Origin: Octopus sinensis
Taxonomy: Eukaryota
Direction of reading: 5' to 3'
DNA length: 64,000 nt
Assembly: GCF_006345805.1 (NCBI RefSeq)
Contig: NC_043021.1
Location: 930,001 to 994,000, forward strand
Of the stretch, positions 38,440 to 50,282 are shown one piece after another. Position 1 is the first letter of the stretch. Every line of letters starts with the position of its first letter. Below the pieces are notes generated by a model that was not told where the DNA came from, did not search any database, and saw nothing but the letters and a program-made list of their open reading frames with translations. Position numbers and translations under genes: made by a program.

Positions 38440-39370
38440 AAGCAAGGATGACTTCTCGAAGAGTGTGGCAATCCCAGATAACACTGCTAGATTTGTACCG
38501 AGTTTATGTTTGAAAAATGTTAGATACCTTACCGAATTTGTTAAAAAATCTATGTTTGTTGTGGTATATAATTAGGCGGTCAAGATCAGAAGTGGGCTCC
38601 TCATATGACCGATTCAATTTCAGTTGAATAAGTAAGACATGGACAAAATGTGCAGAACAGTCTTTTCATTTAGGGGTTCTAATGATATGAAGCCCCAAAA
38701 TCACAGTGAAGACCGCTATTTTTGCTCATCTAAGGTATACAAACACAATTCGAAGAGTGGGGAAAGCAATGTTTATCCAAATCTCTAGTATGCATTGCTA
38801 CATGTTACCCATGGTCTAGACATTCCAGTCCCATCACCACTAGGAAACCTTGAAGACATACACTTGAGTTGTGAGTCACAGGGACTTAGGATATAACATG
38901 AGCATTAAAATTAATTTCCAATATTCCCATTTGGATTTCATTCCTGAAAATCTGGAGGATGGATATGAGAAGCAGGAGTGAGGTTTCATCAAGATGGAAA
39001 GAAGATATAAGGGAAGATGGAACGTCAGTATAATGGCCAACTACTTCTGGATATTGGATTGTTAATGTCCATCAAATGTTCACAAGCAAGAGTTCCAGGC
39101 ATAGTTTTCAATTTTAGGAGCTGAACCTAAAACGAAGGAATGGAACCCTCGTAAAAATCTATTTTCACACCATTCAATTGCATTTGTGCTGTTTTGGTTT
39201 GCTTAATAAAAATAACAAATTCATTTTTATTAGTTTCGTGTTTTCCTGCCAATGTGTATTTATTTATAAATTTGGGGATATTTTACCATTAAAATTGTGA
39301 GAAAAACCTTAGGTGATGTGAAAGAGCTTCTCTGATGTTTCGAATCAGCACCACAAAAATATACTAGAAA
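38440..39370 (+). mobile_element. Decayed Chapaev3-like (CMC superfamily) DNA transposon, 3' part
   Basis: 38884-39056 reads DLGYNMSIKINFQYSHLDFIPENL...KMERRYKGRWNVSIMANYFW, matching the Chapaev3 transposase motif LGCNMSxKxHFLHSHLDxFPENL...MExRYQGxW. Confidence 0.7.
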
Positions 39371-41435
39371 AGCACTCGGAGAGCGCAGACCTCCGCCAAG
39401 CAGCTCATTTCCACCCAGTATACACGCATGCTGAAAATCGCCCAGTTTCCCAAACCTCCTTGGCGGGGGTCAAAAAAAAAATAATACAGCCATATGATTT
39501 TTTTTTTTTTTAAAGCCTTTAAAAACAGGAATCATCTGAAGCAGTTCACAACCACCAACATCATCATCATCAGCATTGTCATTGCTTCCACTTCAACCAC
39601 ATACACCGCCATCAATGTTATCATGACGGTTACCTTGACAGTCACTTTCACCACCACAACCAGTATAACCACTGCAATACCACCATCACACGACTAAAAC
39701 TATCATCAACACCACTATTACCACCATCACCTAAGCATCACACATCACACCGTTCCTGTCGCCATTATAACCGCCGAAACTATTTTATCCTCGCCCACCC
39801 CCCTATACTTATCTCAACCATTGTCATCATCAACACTGTCTCTAAGCAGCAACGCCACCATAGGTTACGTGAAAACGATGTGTTTTCAAGGGAGATAATC
39901 AAAGAACGTAAATTGTAATACTTCAATGAAAATACAACAAATGAAAAATCCTTCAAGAATCCATAAAAATTCCCGGATCACTACCAAAATTTCATCATCT
40001 GTTCCTTGTGTCATTAACAACTTTTCCTGCCAGTTTCATCAAATACCGTTCTTCCCAACATTTTGAGTTATTTTGCACACAGACGGACAAACCAACACCA
40101 ATGAAAACATAACCTCTTTCCTTGGCAGAGGTAATAAAGTAACGTAAAATTATCAAAGCAATTTCCAAATTCAAAATTCAAATTTCGCAGACCTGTGTTA
40201 TCATTATATCCAAATTTAGAATCTGGATAAATTTTTTTTTTTAAACTGGCAGTTTCGAAGCAGTTGTTCATAGTTATCTTCTTTCTCCTTAGTTATCAAA
40301 GAGATATTCAAATCAGCAGGACAGCTGACCTCTATGACGATTAAATACTTTTTCTTGCCTGTCCCAAACAACGATATCCGGCCTTTTACAGAATTTGAAC
40401 TCAGAACTTAAGTATGGACGGAACGCCTCTAAGCATTTTGCTCGGCGTTGTTACGATTCTGCCAGCTCACCGCTTGATATTCTCTCACCTTTTGATATTG
40501 AGATGAGATTCTCAGAGGATTTTCTTAATCTTATTAGCCATCTAACAAATATTACACTAAAAATCGTTCCGTTTCTTGCATAACGTTTTGAACCTCGATA
40601 ATTTTGCTTCTCCATCTTACTACTCTGTTCTAAAATCTTTTTGATATCGAGGACCAATACTATCATGTTTTGGAACATTTTCGGACCTTTTGCTTTATAC
40701 ACCCTGATACTATCCTTTGTGTGTAACCAGGTAACTGCATTTGGAAGATTAAGAGTTGGGCATGTTCTCACCATTCATAAGACTGAGTACATCTCTGTCA
40801 CGTTCTTAATTACCTTTATGAACCCGTCACAAGGGTTTGGAGTTTTTGACATGGCACTGTCTACCTTGTTCATTAATGAGTCCACCATAAGTTTCTTTAA
40901 TGTGAATCGAGCATCCATACCTCAGAGACCAATTAACAATTCATTGGGAGTAATGCCTATAAAGGTATCAGAAGTATCCTTTATGCTTTTTGGATTTAAT
41001 TTGCTATGTTTTGTCGGTGTAATTTTCATCTATTCGTTCCTCTGCCTGAGGATTAGATTTACTGACGAGGCTAATGTCTTTTTCTTCCTTTTTTTTTATT
41101 TTGGTTTATTCCACCACATCATAAAAAGGTCGGGGGCGATGTCTCCGTCAATTCCAGTCACAGTTGACAGTCTTTCATGTGTTTTAAAGTTGCTGCTGAA
41201 TTTAAACGTCTGAATGCATGCTGGAGATTCTAATGTGGGAAGGGACTAGGATTGATTTAGTTCAAACACTGAGGTAGGAGCTACCAGAAATAAAAGTGAC
41301 AGGTCTACCTTGCTTTTGTTGAGAAGTGCAAGAGTTCTACCTGCTATTTCTGGGTAATTATCTCTCACTCTATTATATCTTAGCACAAAATACACTCACT
41401 ACATCAATATCGATATTAATATTATGAAAAGGGTG

Positions 41436-41641
41436 GCGTGCTGGTAAAGTGGTTATTACGCCAGGCAAAATACTTAGCGATATTTTGCCCGTGTTCACGT
41501 TCTGAGTTCAAATTTTGCCAAGGTCGACTTGCCTTTTATCCTCTCGGGATAGATAAAATAAGTACCAGTTGAGCATTGGGGTTGATGTAATCGACTTACT
41601 CCTGAAATTGCTGGCCTTGTGCAAAAATTTGAAATCAATAT
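41436..41641 (+). mobile_element. tRNA-derived SINE, near full length
   Basis: Head ggtggcgtgctggtaaag...gttctgagttcaaatttt and body aggtcgactttgcctttatcc...ataagtaccagttgagcattggggttgatgtaatcgactt. Confidence 0.75.
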
Positions 41642-42362
41642 TAATATTAGTACCACGTGATTCACACAAATCAGGATCAACGAGGAGGTCTGGTATCACA
41701 TACATCCGATCATATCTTTATTGATATGTGCTAAAATATCTGAGAGATTGTGTAATATTCAATTGTCAGTTTTGCTAAACCATATATGGCTCATTTACCC
41801 TTCGTTTCCCCTATTGTAGCATGTACCACTTCCACATGGGATCACATAGGACTTCATTCATTACAAAACGAGGTCACATCTTTAACAAGTGGTCGCTTGC
41901 TGTTAACACAATCCCACAACATTCCTACTGGCCGACACACAATCTTCTTTATTTTTAATCCATTTTCATGGTTTCATGAGACCCCTTTTGATGACCAAGT
42001 TCACATTGTAAACATTACATATGTTGTAGTTGTTATTTTCTGTTAATGCATTCTGAGATAATGTTAGTAAGTTTGGATCTAGCTAATGATGTGTCGGAGG
42101 TATAAGGGTGTTTCGGTAGTAGTGCAGTCGTATGTTGGTGGTTGCATTGTGGTGTGTTGATAAGAAGTATGAATTGGTTGACTTATGGAAAATAATAAGC
42201 ACAAATAATGTATGACAGTGTAAAAAAAAAATGAAAGAAATATATGAAGATACCAAAATGAGGGTTAAAGTTTTCCGACTGTCAACGCCATGTTTTCGGA
42301 GAGATTTTGTGGCTTTTTTATGAGGTTTTTTGTTTAAGTCGTTTGTCGAATAAATTTCTTTG

Positions 42363-42851
42363 TTGGTAGAAATATAAACTGTCTTGAAAATGTAGACATT
42401 AAATCGTGTTAGATCAATATAATAGAGAGAGGTTGTTTACCAGCGAAACTGAGAGGAAGAGCGATTGCTAAACAAAATATAGCCAACATGTTTGAGATTG
42501 GTGATGTTTCTGAGTCTGAAACACTTTATGCTTCCTCGGTAATATTGCTCCTTCTTTTATAGCTTTAACCCTACAATGTTTTCTTTTCAAAGCGCTATGC
42601 ACAATAATCTGCAAATTCTATTTGCTCTTCTGTTGCTTTTGTGGCCATTATTGAAACACGGCGCCTCTTACAATAGCAATGAAAGACACAAGATCAACTG
42701 CTGTTTGCATCTTGCACGCACTCATTGTTGATGGACAAAAGCGTTTATCTTTGATGACAAAGACTTTTAAAACGTAAACTGAACTAAAAAGATCCATAAA
42801 AATCGAATAAAAAATTAAATACTTAAACTGGAAGTTTTTCTATTTTATTTT
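42363..42851 (-). pseudogene. Orphan protease promoter + exon 1 (copy D). Signal-peptide exon 42441-42489 with intact ATG and GT donor; no own exons 2-6 found.
   Basis: Inverted ~98% copy of 48830-49317. Exon 1 encodes MLAIFCLAIALPLSFA. Homology stops ~77 bp into intron 1. I found no IVGG/TAAHC exon between 28551 and 42363. Confidence 0.8.
42555..42561 (-). promoter_or_regulatory. TATA box (TATAAAA) of orphan copy D
   Basis: Same motif and 72-nt spacing to the ATG at 42489. Confidence 0.65.
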
Positions 42852-42954
42852 GTTGTCGACGCTTTTTGTATTGCATCGATTGAACATTAATACACCTGTG
42901 TGCGGGTATATATGTCTATGTGTGTATATGTATGTGTATATATATATATGTATA

Positions 42955-43026
<72 letters not shown>

Positions 43027-43086
43027 CTGTGTGTGTGTGTATGTATGCATGCATGCCTAGATTTGTGTATGTATGTATGTATACAC

Positions 43087-43138
<52 letters not shown>

Positions 43139-43139
43139 T

Positions 43140-43520
43140 ATCCTAGATATGACTTTAAGCTGCATCCGACAGTGAGACCCTGGTTCAGGAGTTCGAGGGT
43201 TTTGAGGAATGCGGAACAACTGCTCAACCACGATCATTCGCAGGTCTATTCTCCCCTGGAATAATAGCACCTGTCGGGGCCCCAGCTGTGGGTTAACTAG
43301 CATATGCAATGACATTCCATATGAGCGCACGGACGCAGACATTTCCTTGCTTGGTGTCAGGGTGCGTAGTAAGACGACTGGGAGTGAGAGACTCCTAGCT
43401 GTTGTCACATAAGTGAGGGGATACTCTGACATAAAACCTGCGCTTTCTCGTCATTTCTAGACATCTCGTTTCGGCCTGTCGCCAGGTTCTAATCATGAAA
43501 ACGCAGAGAGTGGTATTCGA
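43140..43520 (-). mobile_element. CR1-type LINE endonuclease fragment
   Basis: Minus strand ...RIPQNPRT...SHCRMQLKV (SLSDAA-like APE remnant), adjacent to the CR1 RT piece. Confidence 0.55.
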
Positions 43521-43591
43521 GTAGTCACAACTTATTTAGGTTGAAACAGGAATTGACTCTCCAAAATGAGACCACAGCACAAATAAATAAG

Positions 43592-43599
<8 letters not shown>

Positions 43600-43622
<23 letters not shown>

Positions 43623-44410
43623 ATTTTTGGCTCAAAAAGCAAAAAGCAAGGCCATGTAGGGGGACATGGAGTTATGTACAGGGTGGTGTTCATGTAAAGA
43701 GTTCAGGCCACTTGTGGTCAAGGGAGACTTTGAACCAAGCGGTTGTCGGCATCTTCACCATCTCGTCCGGCAGTTTATTCCACGGATCCGCAACCCGGAG
43801 GGTGTGTTGCGTGAGGTCGTCGGGCAAGTCATTTATGAAGACTAAGAACAATAAGGGCCTAAGCACTGAACCTTGAGGCACACCACTGCTCGCACTGGAG
43901 ACGTCGGACCGCGAACCATTAACTTGGACTTGGAAGGAGCGATCTGAGAGGAAGGCACCAACCCATCGTACAATATCCGGATGGAAACTATATGCTTGAA
44001 GCTTGACAAGTAATAGGCGGTGGTTTACCGAGTCAAAAGCTTTGGCAAAGTCCAATAAAACGATGTCAACAGCATCACCATCATCGAGGATGCGCGTCAC
44101 CAATTCTTCCATTACCAGTAAGTTGGTCAAGCATGATCTTTTCGGCACGAAGCCGTGTTGGGAATCAGAGATAGAGGCTGTGTTTTGGAGGTGGAGCATC
44201 ATACTTTTCTTAAGGATGGTTTCGAACATCTTGCTGATTATTGAAGTAAGGGAAACCGGTCGGTAGTTAAGCGGGTCTTCGTGGCTCCCTTTCTTGAAAA
44301 TTGGACAGATTATCGCTGTTCTCCAGTCCGCAGGTATAACACCCGTCGCCAATGACATATTGAATAGACGTGTTAAAGGCTCGCAAATGACCGGAGCCAA
44401 CGCTTTGATA
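43600..44410 (-). mobile_element. CR1-type LINE RT/3' end with an internal deletion and a (CTAA)n tail
   Basis: NYRPVSLTS, SQHGF...SCLTNL, LDFAKAFDSVNH, SGVPQGSVL. The YADD motif is deleted and the sequence jumps to RVADPWNKLP. Confidence 0.88.
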
Positions 44411-44774
44411 ACCCGGTTTCGATAAATTCAAAGACACGTTATATCTTTATATAAACGAAGATACTTCCATTACGTTTATGAATTTGTGCTGCCAGATTCC
44501 TGATGTGAAACTGTGTGTTGAAACAGATATTGTTGCATTTCGGAAGGGTCCTTTTGAGGTTTTCTTTTTGCCAAATAAACACACGTACTATACATAGCCG
44601 TTCTTCACTCGTTTCTTACTGTTCTTATTTTAACTGATGTCCAGTGTCAGGAAATCTTTCGTCACACATCTGTGACCTCTTCAGCGACACTTTCCGTCCT
44701 CGTGTGTGTGCAGGCGTGTATGCGTTCGTGTGCGTACCCTTCTCTCTGTTTCGCATATATTTATCTTTTATATA

Positions 44775-44810
<36 letters not shown>

Positions 44811-44916
44811 TACATACATATATATACATATATATATATACATATATATACATACATATATACATACATATATATACATATATATATAAATATATATATA
44901 TTATATATATATATAC

Positions 44917-45014
<98 letters not shown>

Positions 45015-45071
45015 ATACGTTTAAATATTTGTTGTGCAAGATTTTTTATGTGAAGTCGTGTGTTGAAACAG

Positions 45072-45293
45072 ATATCGTTATATTTCGGAATGGTCATATT
45101 GCCAGTTTAGCCAATAAAAACACACGCACTATATATTTGGTGTTATTTTGCTTCAGTGATATTTATTTTTTGAAATAAGATTAAGATTAATGTAAAAAAT
45201 AAATATCACTGAAGCAAAATAACACCAAATATATAGTGCGTGTGTTTTTATTGGCTAAACTGGCAATATGACCATTCCGAAATATAACGATAT
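45072..45293. repeat. Inverted repeat: 100-bp perfect arms, 22-bp spacer
   Basis: 45072-45171 is the reverse complement of 45194-45293. Confidence 0.9.
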
Positions 45294-45355
<62 letters not shown>

Positions 45356-45356
<1 letters not shown>

Positions 45357-46252
45357 GAGATGGTATCAAATGACTCCTAGCCTAGTTATGTGTAATAGAA
45401 AATAACTTGTTTACCTAAGTTTTAACATCATTTTCTTCGAAATAGTCATTTTGCACAGCAATACACCGGTGCCACTGTTCCTGGCACTTTTGAAATCCGA
45501 CCTGGAAGTCCGTAAGCGAGTCGAGGACCTTCAACGATTTGCTCTGGATCTCGATAACAGTGTTAAGACGCCGACCTTTGAGCTGCCTTTTCATCTTGGA
45601 GAAGGAATAGAAGTCCGCATGTGCTAAATCTGGTAAAAAAAAACGTGGGTGCGGAAGCGATACCATGTTGTTTTGGGCGAGAAAGTCACGAGTGAGAAGA
45701 GCTCAGTGACAGAGTGCAATGTCGTGAAGCATCCACTCCTTCGTTCTCCTCTGATCCAGTTGCTTTCGTCGAATATCCCCCTTCAAACGTTTCAAAACGT
45801 CGCAGTAGAACTCTCGTCCCCTGGGGCCCGGGTGAATTCTCGATACACAATACATTTCCGGGGGTGACGCTCGTGGCAGGTCTTTCATCGTCTTCTAGAA
45901 ATGTTTATTGGCTTTTGAAGCGCCGGTGCCTCTCGAAGCTTTGCGAATCATCCGTTGTCTCGTTGCCGTAAGCTTGCCGATGCAATGCTACATGTCTCTG
46001 TAGCAGACTTCCCAAGATTAACACAAAATTTCACGTTGGTTCTTTGTTCCTGTCCATGACAAAATCGCTGACTACAGCTTACATGGGATCACAAAAACAC
46101 AAATTTCACAACTTGCGAATTCAACACAGTGATGTCACTCTGCACACCACCTCATGAAGGCCACTGCCAGCTCTCACTGCGCACACAACCATGTACTACC
46201 TTTAGTTGGCGCGCTACAGAACAAGTGCTGGAACTTTGTTGATATCCCCTCG
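45356..46252 (-). mobile_element. Internally deleted mariner DNA transposon
   Basis: Minus strand ...PDLAHADFYSFSKMKRQLKGRR...FQKCQEQWHRCIAVQNDYFE. TIR-like ends cgagatggtatcaaa and tttgttgatatcccctcg, flanked by TA. Confidence 0.85.
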
Positions 46253-48168
46253 TACAGAAGATAAGTATATAGAAATAAATTATCCGTTAATAGATCAGAA
46301 TCTCTCCGAATTATTCTGGCTTGAAAATCCTTTAATTATGGCTGAGTTTACTGTATCTTTTTACGGAAGTACATAGTCACCTCGTAGGGTTTTGCCGATT
46401 CTTAAACCTCGCATTACATCCAAAACGCTGGCTATCGTTAAATTAAGGTAACAGTTTCATGTTTAAGTGAAACTTCCAAGATATTTCTATGAAATACTTT
46501 TTTAATCTTCTCCTCGTGGGGCTGCTCATTCTCAGTGTATGACATGACTAAACAGTTATCTCGCTATATATTCTCTAGTTATGCTGAGTGGCGCTTTCAG
46601 GGTGCATTAAGAATAAACAATTCTATGAGATGGGCCAACTCAGCCTCGTCATAGTTCCCCTGGAGTCATTGAATTAGCTCCCCGCCCCATCTTTTTTCGT
46701 GCTATAATAGAATGTTGCCGTTGGACGTCGTCATCACTTGTGCTTCAGTTGATTTGCTAACTACTAGGAGTAGTCTATGACAGCTGGTGTTGGGAGCTGG
46801 CCGTTGGCTGTTGGCTGTTGGCTGCCATTTCTAGCGTCGGAGGCGAACAATTGTACAAAGAACAAAACGACGAAATCTGTTGGGATTTTTTACGAACCAA
46901 TTGATTTTGTTGAGAGAGTTTGGATGTTATTGAAATTGCATTCGAAAAGTTACCGTTGGTCGTTGCGTTTCAGTGGATAGTCCATTATGTTGATATTCGC
47001 TAGGTTCATCCGCTGCCTGTGTCTGTTTGCCTTATCGTCTCAGCTACATTCCAAAGCTCTCTGGGTCTTGGTCGTATGTGTTATTTATACCGATTGAGAA
47101 ACTGAGAAAGGAGCGCGCCAAAAGCTGATATGGTCGCTGGAGCCTATTGCACATGATTGGCCAGATTTGTTGATGTCGTGGATACAGGTAGTTTATTGGA
47201 ATTCAGCTGGGGATTCACTCCATTGGTTATACGGCGTTTCACATAAATAAAATATGCGTGTGACCTATTCCAGGTGAAGTCGCGATTGGTCAGAATCGTT
47301 GATCACGTGGGCAACATTCCCGTGAATCGCGACATCGATTGATTGCTGAATATTCCTCATTAGTAATCAATTCTTATCATTAATTATTATCCTGGTGTCT
47401 CTACCGTTAATGGGGATAGATTCTGTCAGAAAATTCAGTTTTTAGCGAAAGTGATTTAGAGGTGGAAGAATTTATTTTAGCGAAGTTGTTTAACAGGAGT
47501 CTAGAGTCTGTTTAATTCCGATATATTCTTTGCTTTATATGCAATTATGTGGACGTTAGTGGCGGAGATGGGAGATTGTTTGAAGGAGTCTGCATCTCCT
47601 TATTAAAAGTATTTTGGAGGGAAGGAATGGCTATTCCATTGAAATCTTTTCTTTTATCAAATTGATGAGATCGAATGCGATGCTGTTGAGGTTTTCTCTC
47701 CCTTTTTTTAATGGATGTAGGAGGTTCGCGTTTTGAATGTTTTTTCGACGGAGACCCCATTCAATAAACGCCTACACAGTCACATCGCATTCTTGTTTTA
47801 GGATGAATCTTTCGAAGGCATCCATGTACCTGTGTGCAGAGATAATCCCTGCCTCTTTTTTTTTTTCTTTTGAAAAAGGCTTGTCATTGCGTGTACTTGA
47901 CTGTGTTTCTGAAGAGGCGAATGCATAGAACTTTCTAGATGGTATTTATATATTATTCAGTGAAAGAAGAATTGTGCTTTAACATCATCTCTTCGTGGGT
48001 CGTTGATAAGATTCAACATTCGATTATGTTTCCAAATTAAAGAAAAAAGCGTTCACTTTACTAATTGCAACCTGAATACCACGATATCTTGTATGAACTA
48101 TTTATACTTGTGTTTATCACAAATGTTCACTATGTATGTATGTATGTATGTATGTATATGTATGTATG

Positions 48169-48200
<32 letters not shown>

Positions 48201-48537
48201 TGTATGTATGTATGTATGTATGATGTGTATGTATGATGTGTATGTATGATGTGTATGTATGGTGTGTATGTATGGTGTGTATGTGTATAAGTACGTTTTA
48301 GTGTTTGTCCCAACGCTGTTAGTTGGCTTACGTCTTTGTAACCGAGCGGTTTGGCAAAAGATATCGATAGAATACAGTACCAGACTTCAAAATAAGTACT
48401 GTAATTGATTTGTCCGACTAAACCCTTCGGTTCATTGCCCCAGCATGAGCACAGTCCAATGACTGGAACAAGCAGTAGATAAAAGAGGAAAAAAGAAAAC
48501 TTTGCGCACAAAAGTGCTTCCTTCCGTATTTGTAAAA

Positions 48538-48603
<66 letters not shown>

Positions 48604-49120
48604 CGTGTGTGAGTGAGTGTGTGAGAGTGTGTGTGTGTGTGTATATGCATATGTGTTTGCGGGCGTGTGTGTATTTGACTAGGCACGTACATACATGCAC
48701 ACGTGGCCACGTACATTCATAAACTATCGTGTATATCATTCTTCAGTCTTTGCAATAAAAACAAGCTAGTAACAAGAACATTATCATCATCATCATGAAC
48801 AACAGCAACAACAACAGCGGCAGTTTTCAAAAAATAAAATAGAAAAACTTCCAGTTTAAGTATTTAATTTTTTATTCGATTTTTATGGATCTTTTTAGTT
48901 CAGTTTACGTTTTAAAAGTCTTTGTCGTCAAAGATAAACGCTTTTGTCCATCAACAATGAGTGCGTGCAAGATGCAAACAGCAGTTGATCTTGTGTCTTT
49001 CATTGCTATTGTAAGAGGCGCCGTGTTTCAATAATGGCCACAAAAGCAACAGAAGAGCAAATAGAATTTGCAGATTATTGTGCATAGCGCTTTGAAAGGA
49101 AAACATTGTAGGGTTAAAGC

Positions 49121-49127
49121 TATAAAA
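49121..49127 (+). promoter_or_regulatory. TATA box (TATAAAA) of protease C
   Basis: Same motif and 72-nt spacing to the ATG at 49193. Confidence 0.75.
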
Positions 49128-49192
49128 GAAGGAGCAATATTACCGAGGAAGCATAAAGTGTTTCAGACTCAGAAGCATCACCAATCTCAAAC

Positions 49193-50248
49193 ATGTTGGC
49201 TATATTTTGTTTAGCAATCGTTCTTCCTCTCAGTTTCGCTGGTAAATAACTGCTCTATTATATTGATCTAACACGATTTAATGTCTACATTTTCAAGACA
49301 GTTTATATTTCTACCAATGCATCACACGACCACACCACCAACACTCCAATGCACTCAGTTTTTCTCTTAATATATTTCCAGGTCCAAAAGAACAAATCGT
49401 TGGTGGCTCTCCGGCAGCAACTTGTCAATATCCATCAATAGTTCATTTACTCATTGATACTGCTAAAGGTACTTTCGAATGTGGTGGTACACTATTGGAC
49501 AACCAGCATGTTTTGACCGCTGCCCATTGCTTGTAAGTAAAATCTCTTTCACTGGTTTTTATCTTCTATACGGTAATGGAGAAAGCTGCTTATTAATTAC
49601 ATACGTAACAACTACTAAAAGTACTCAAAGAAAGCAATTATTAAAGGGTTGACCGTCTGCAAATATTTTTATAAATTCATGTTCAAAGAAATTTCCTGTA
49701 ATTTCGATTTCTCAAGTTTCTTGAATTTTTTTAACTCCAATTTCTCGCAAATTTAAATATTCATTGCATTCACTGCGGAGCAATCCATTCTCATTTGCAA
49801 AGTCTCTCATTTTCTCTTTAAGTTTTCATTCGCTATTTGGAAAAAAACCCCCAGTTTATTCTATTAATGTGTACGTAATTTCTTATTTATTGAATGAACA
49901 TTTTTAATACACCCGTATAATTTTTGAACGCGGAATCGCTGTGAGAAGATTCTAGAAAGTTGGGTAATTACTATTAGAAGACAGGAAGAAAAACGTTACC
50001 GACAAGTACTCGAAATTTGCACCTTATTCACAGTTTCCAAACACTGTACCGCTAAGCCAATATATACATAAACAAGTTGCACGCGCGACTTCAACAGTGC
50101 CACACTTTTGCTAAAAGTATCCATTTTCTGGATGGCATGAGGCAACAAAGTCAGGGGCGTATACATCTGTAGTAATACCCTTTTATTTATACGATTTTTT
50201 CATTTCATATTTATTTCATTCATTGTTTGCAATGTTCTCTCTCCCCCT

Positions 50249-50282
<34 letters not shown>

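Noticed and set aside
40641-41213. 190-aa hydrophobic + strand ORF that looks like a membrane protein
   Set aside because: No recognisable family or splice context. The opposite strand reads like a decayed retroelement protein (KLNPKSIK..TFIG, TPNELLIG) with stops, so this is probably an antisense shadow; I cannot assign the family.
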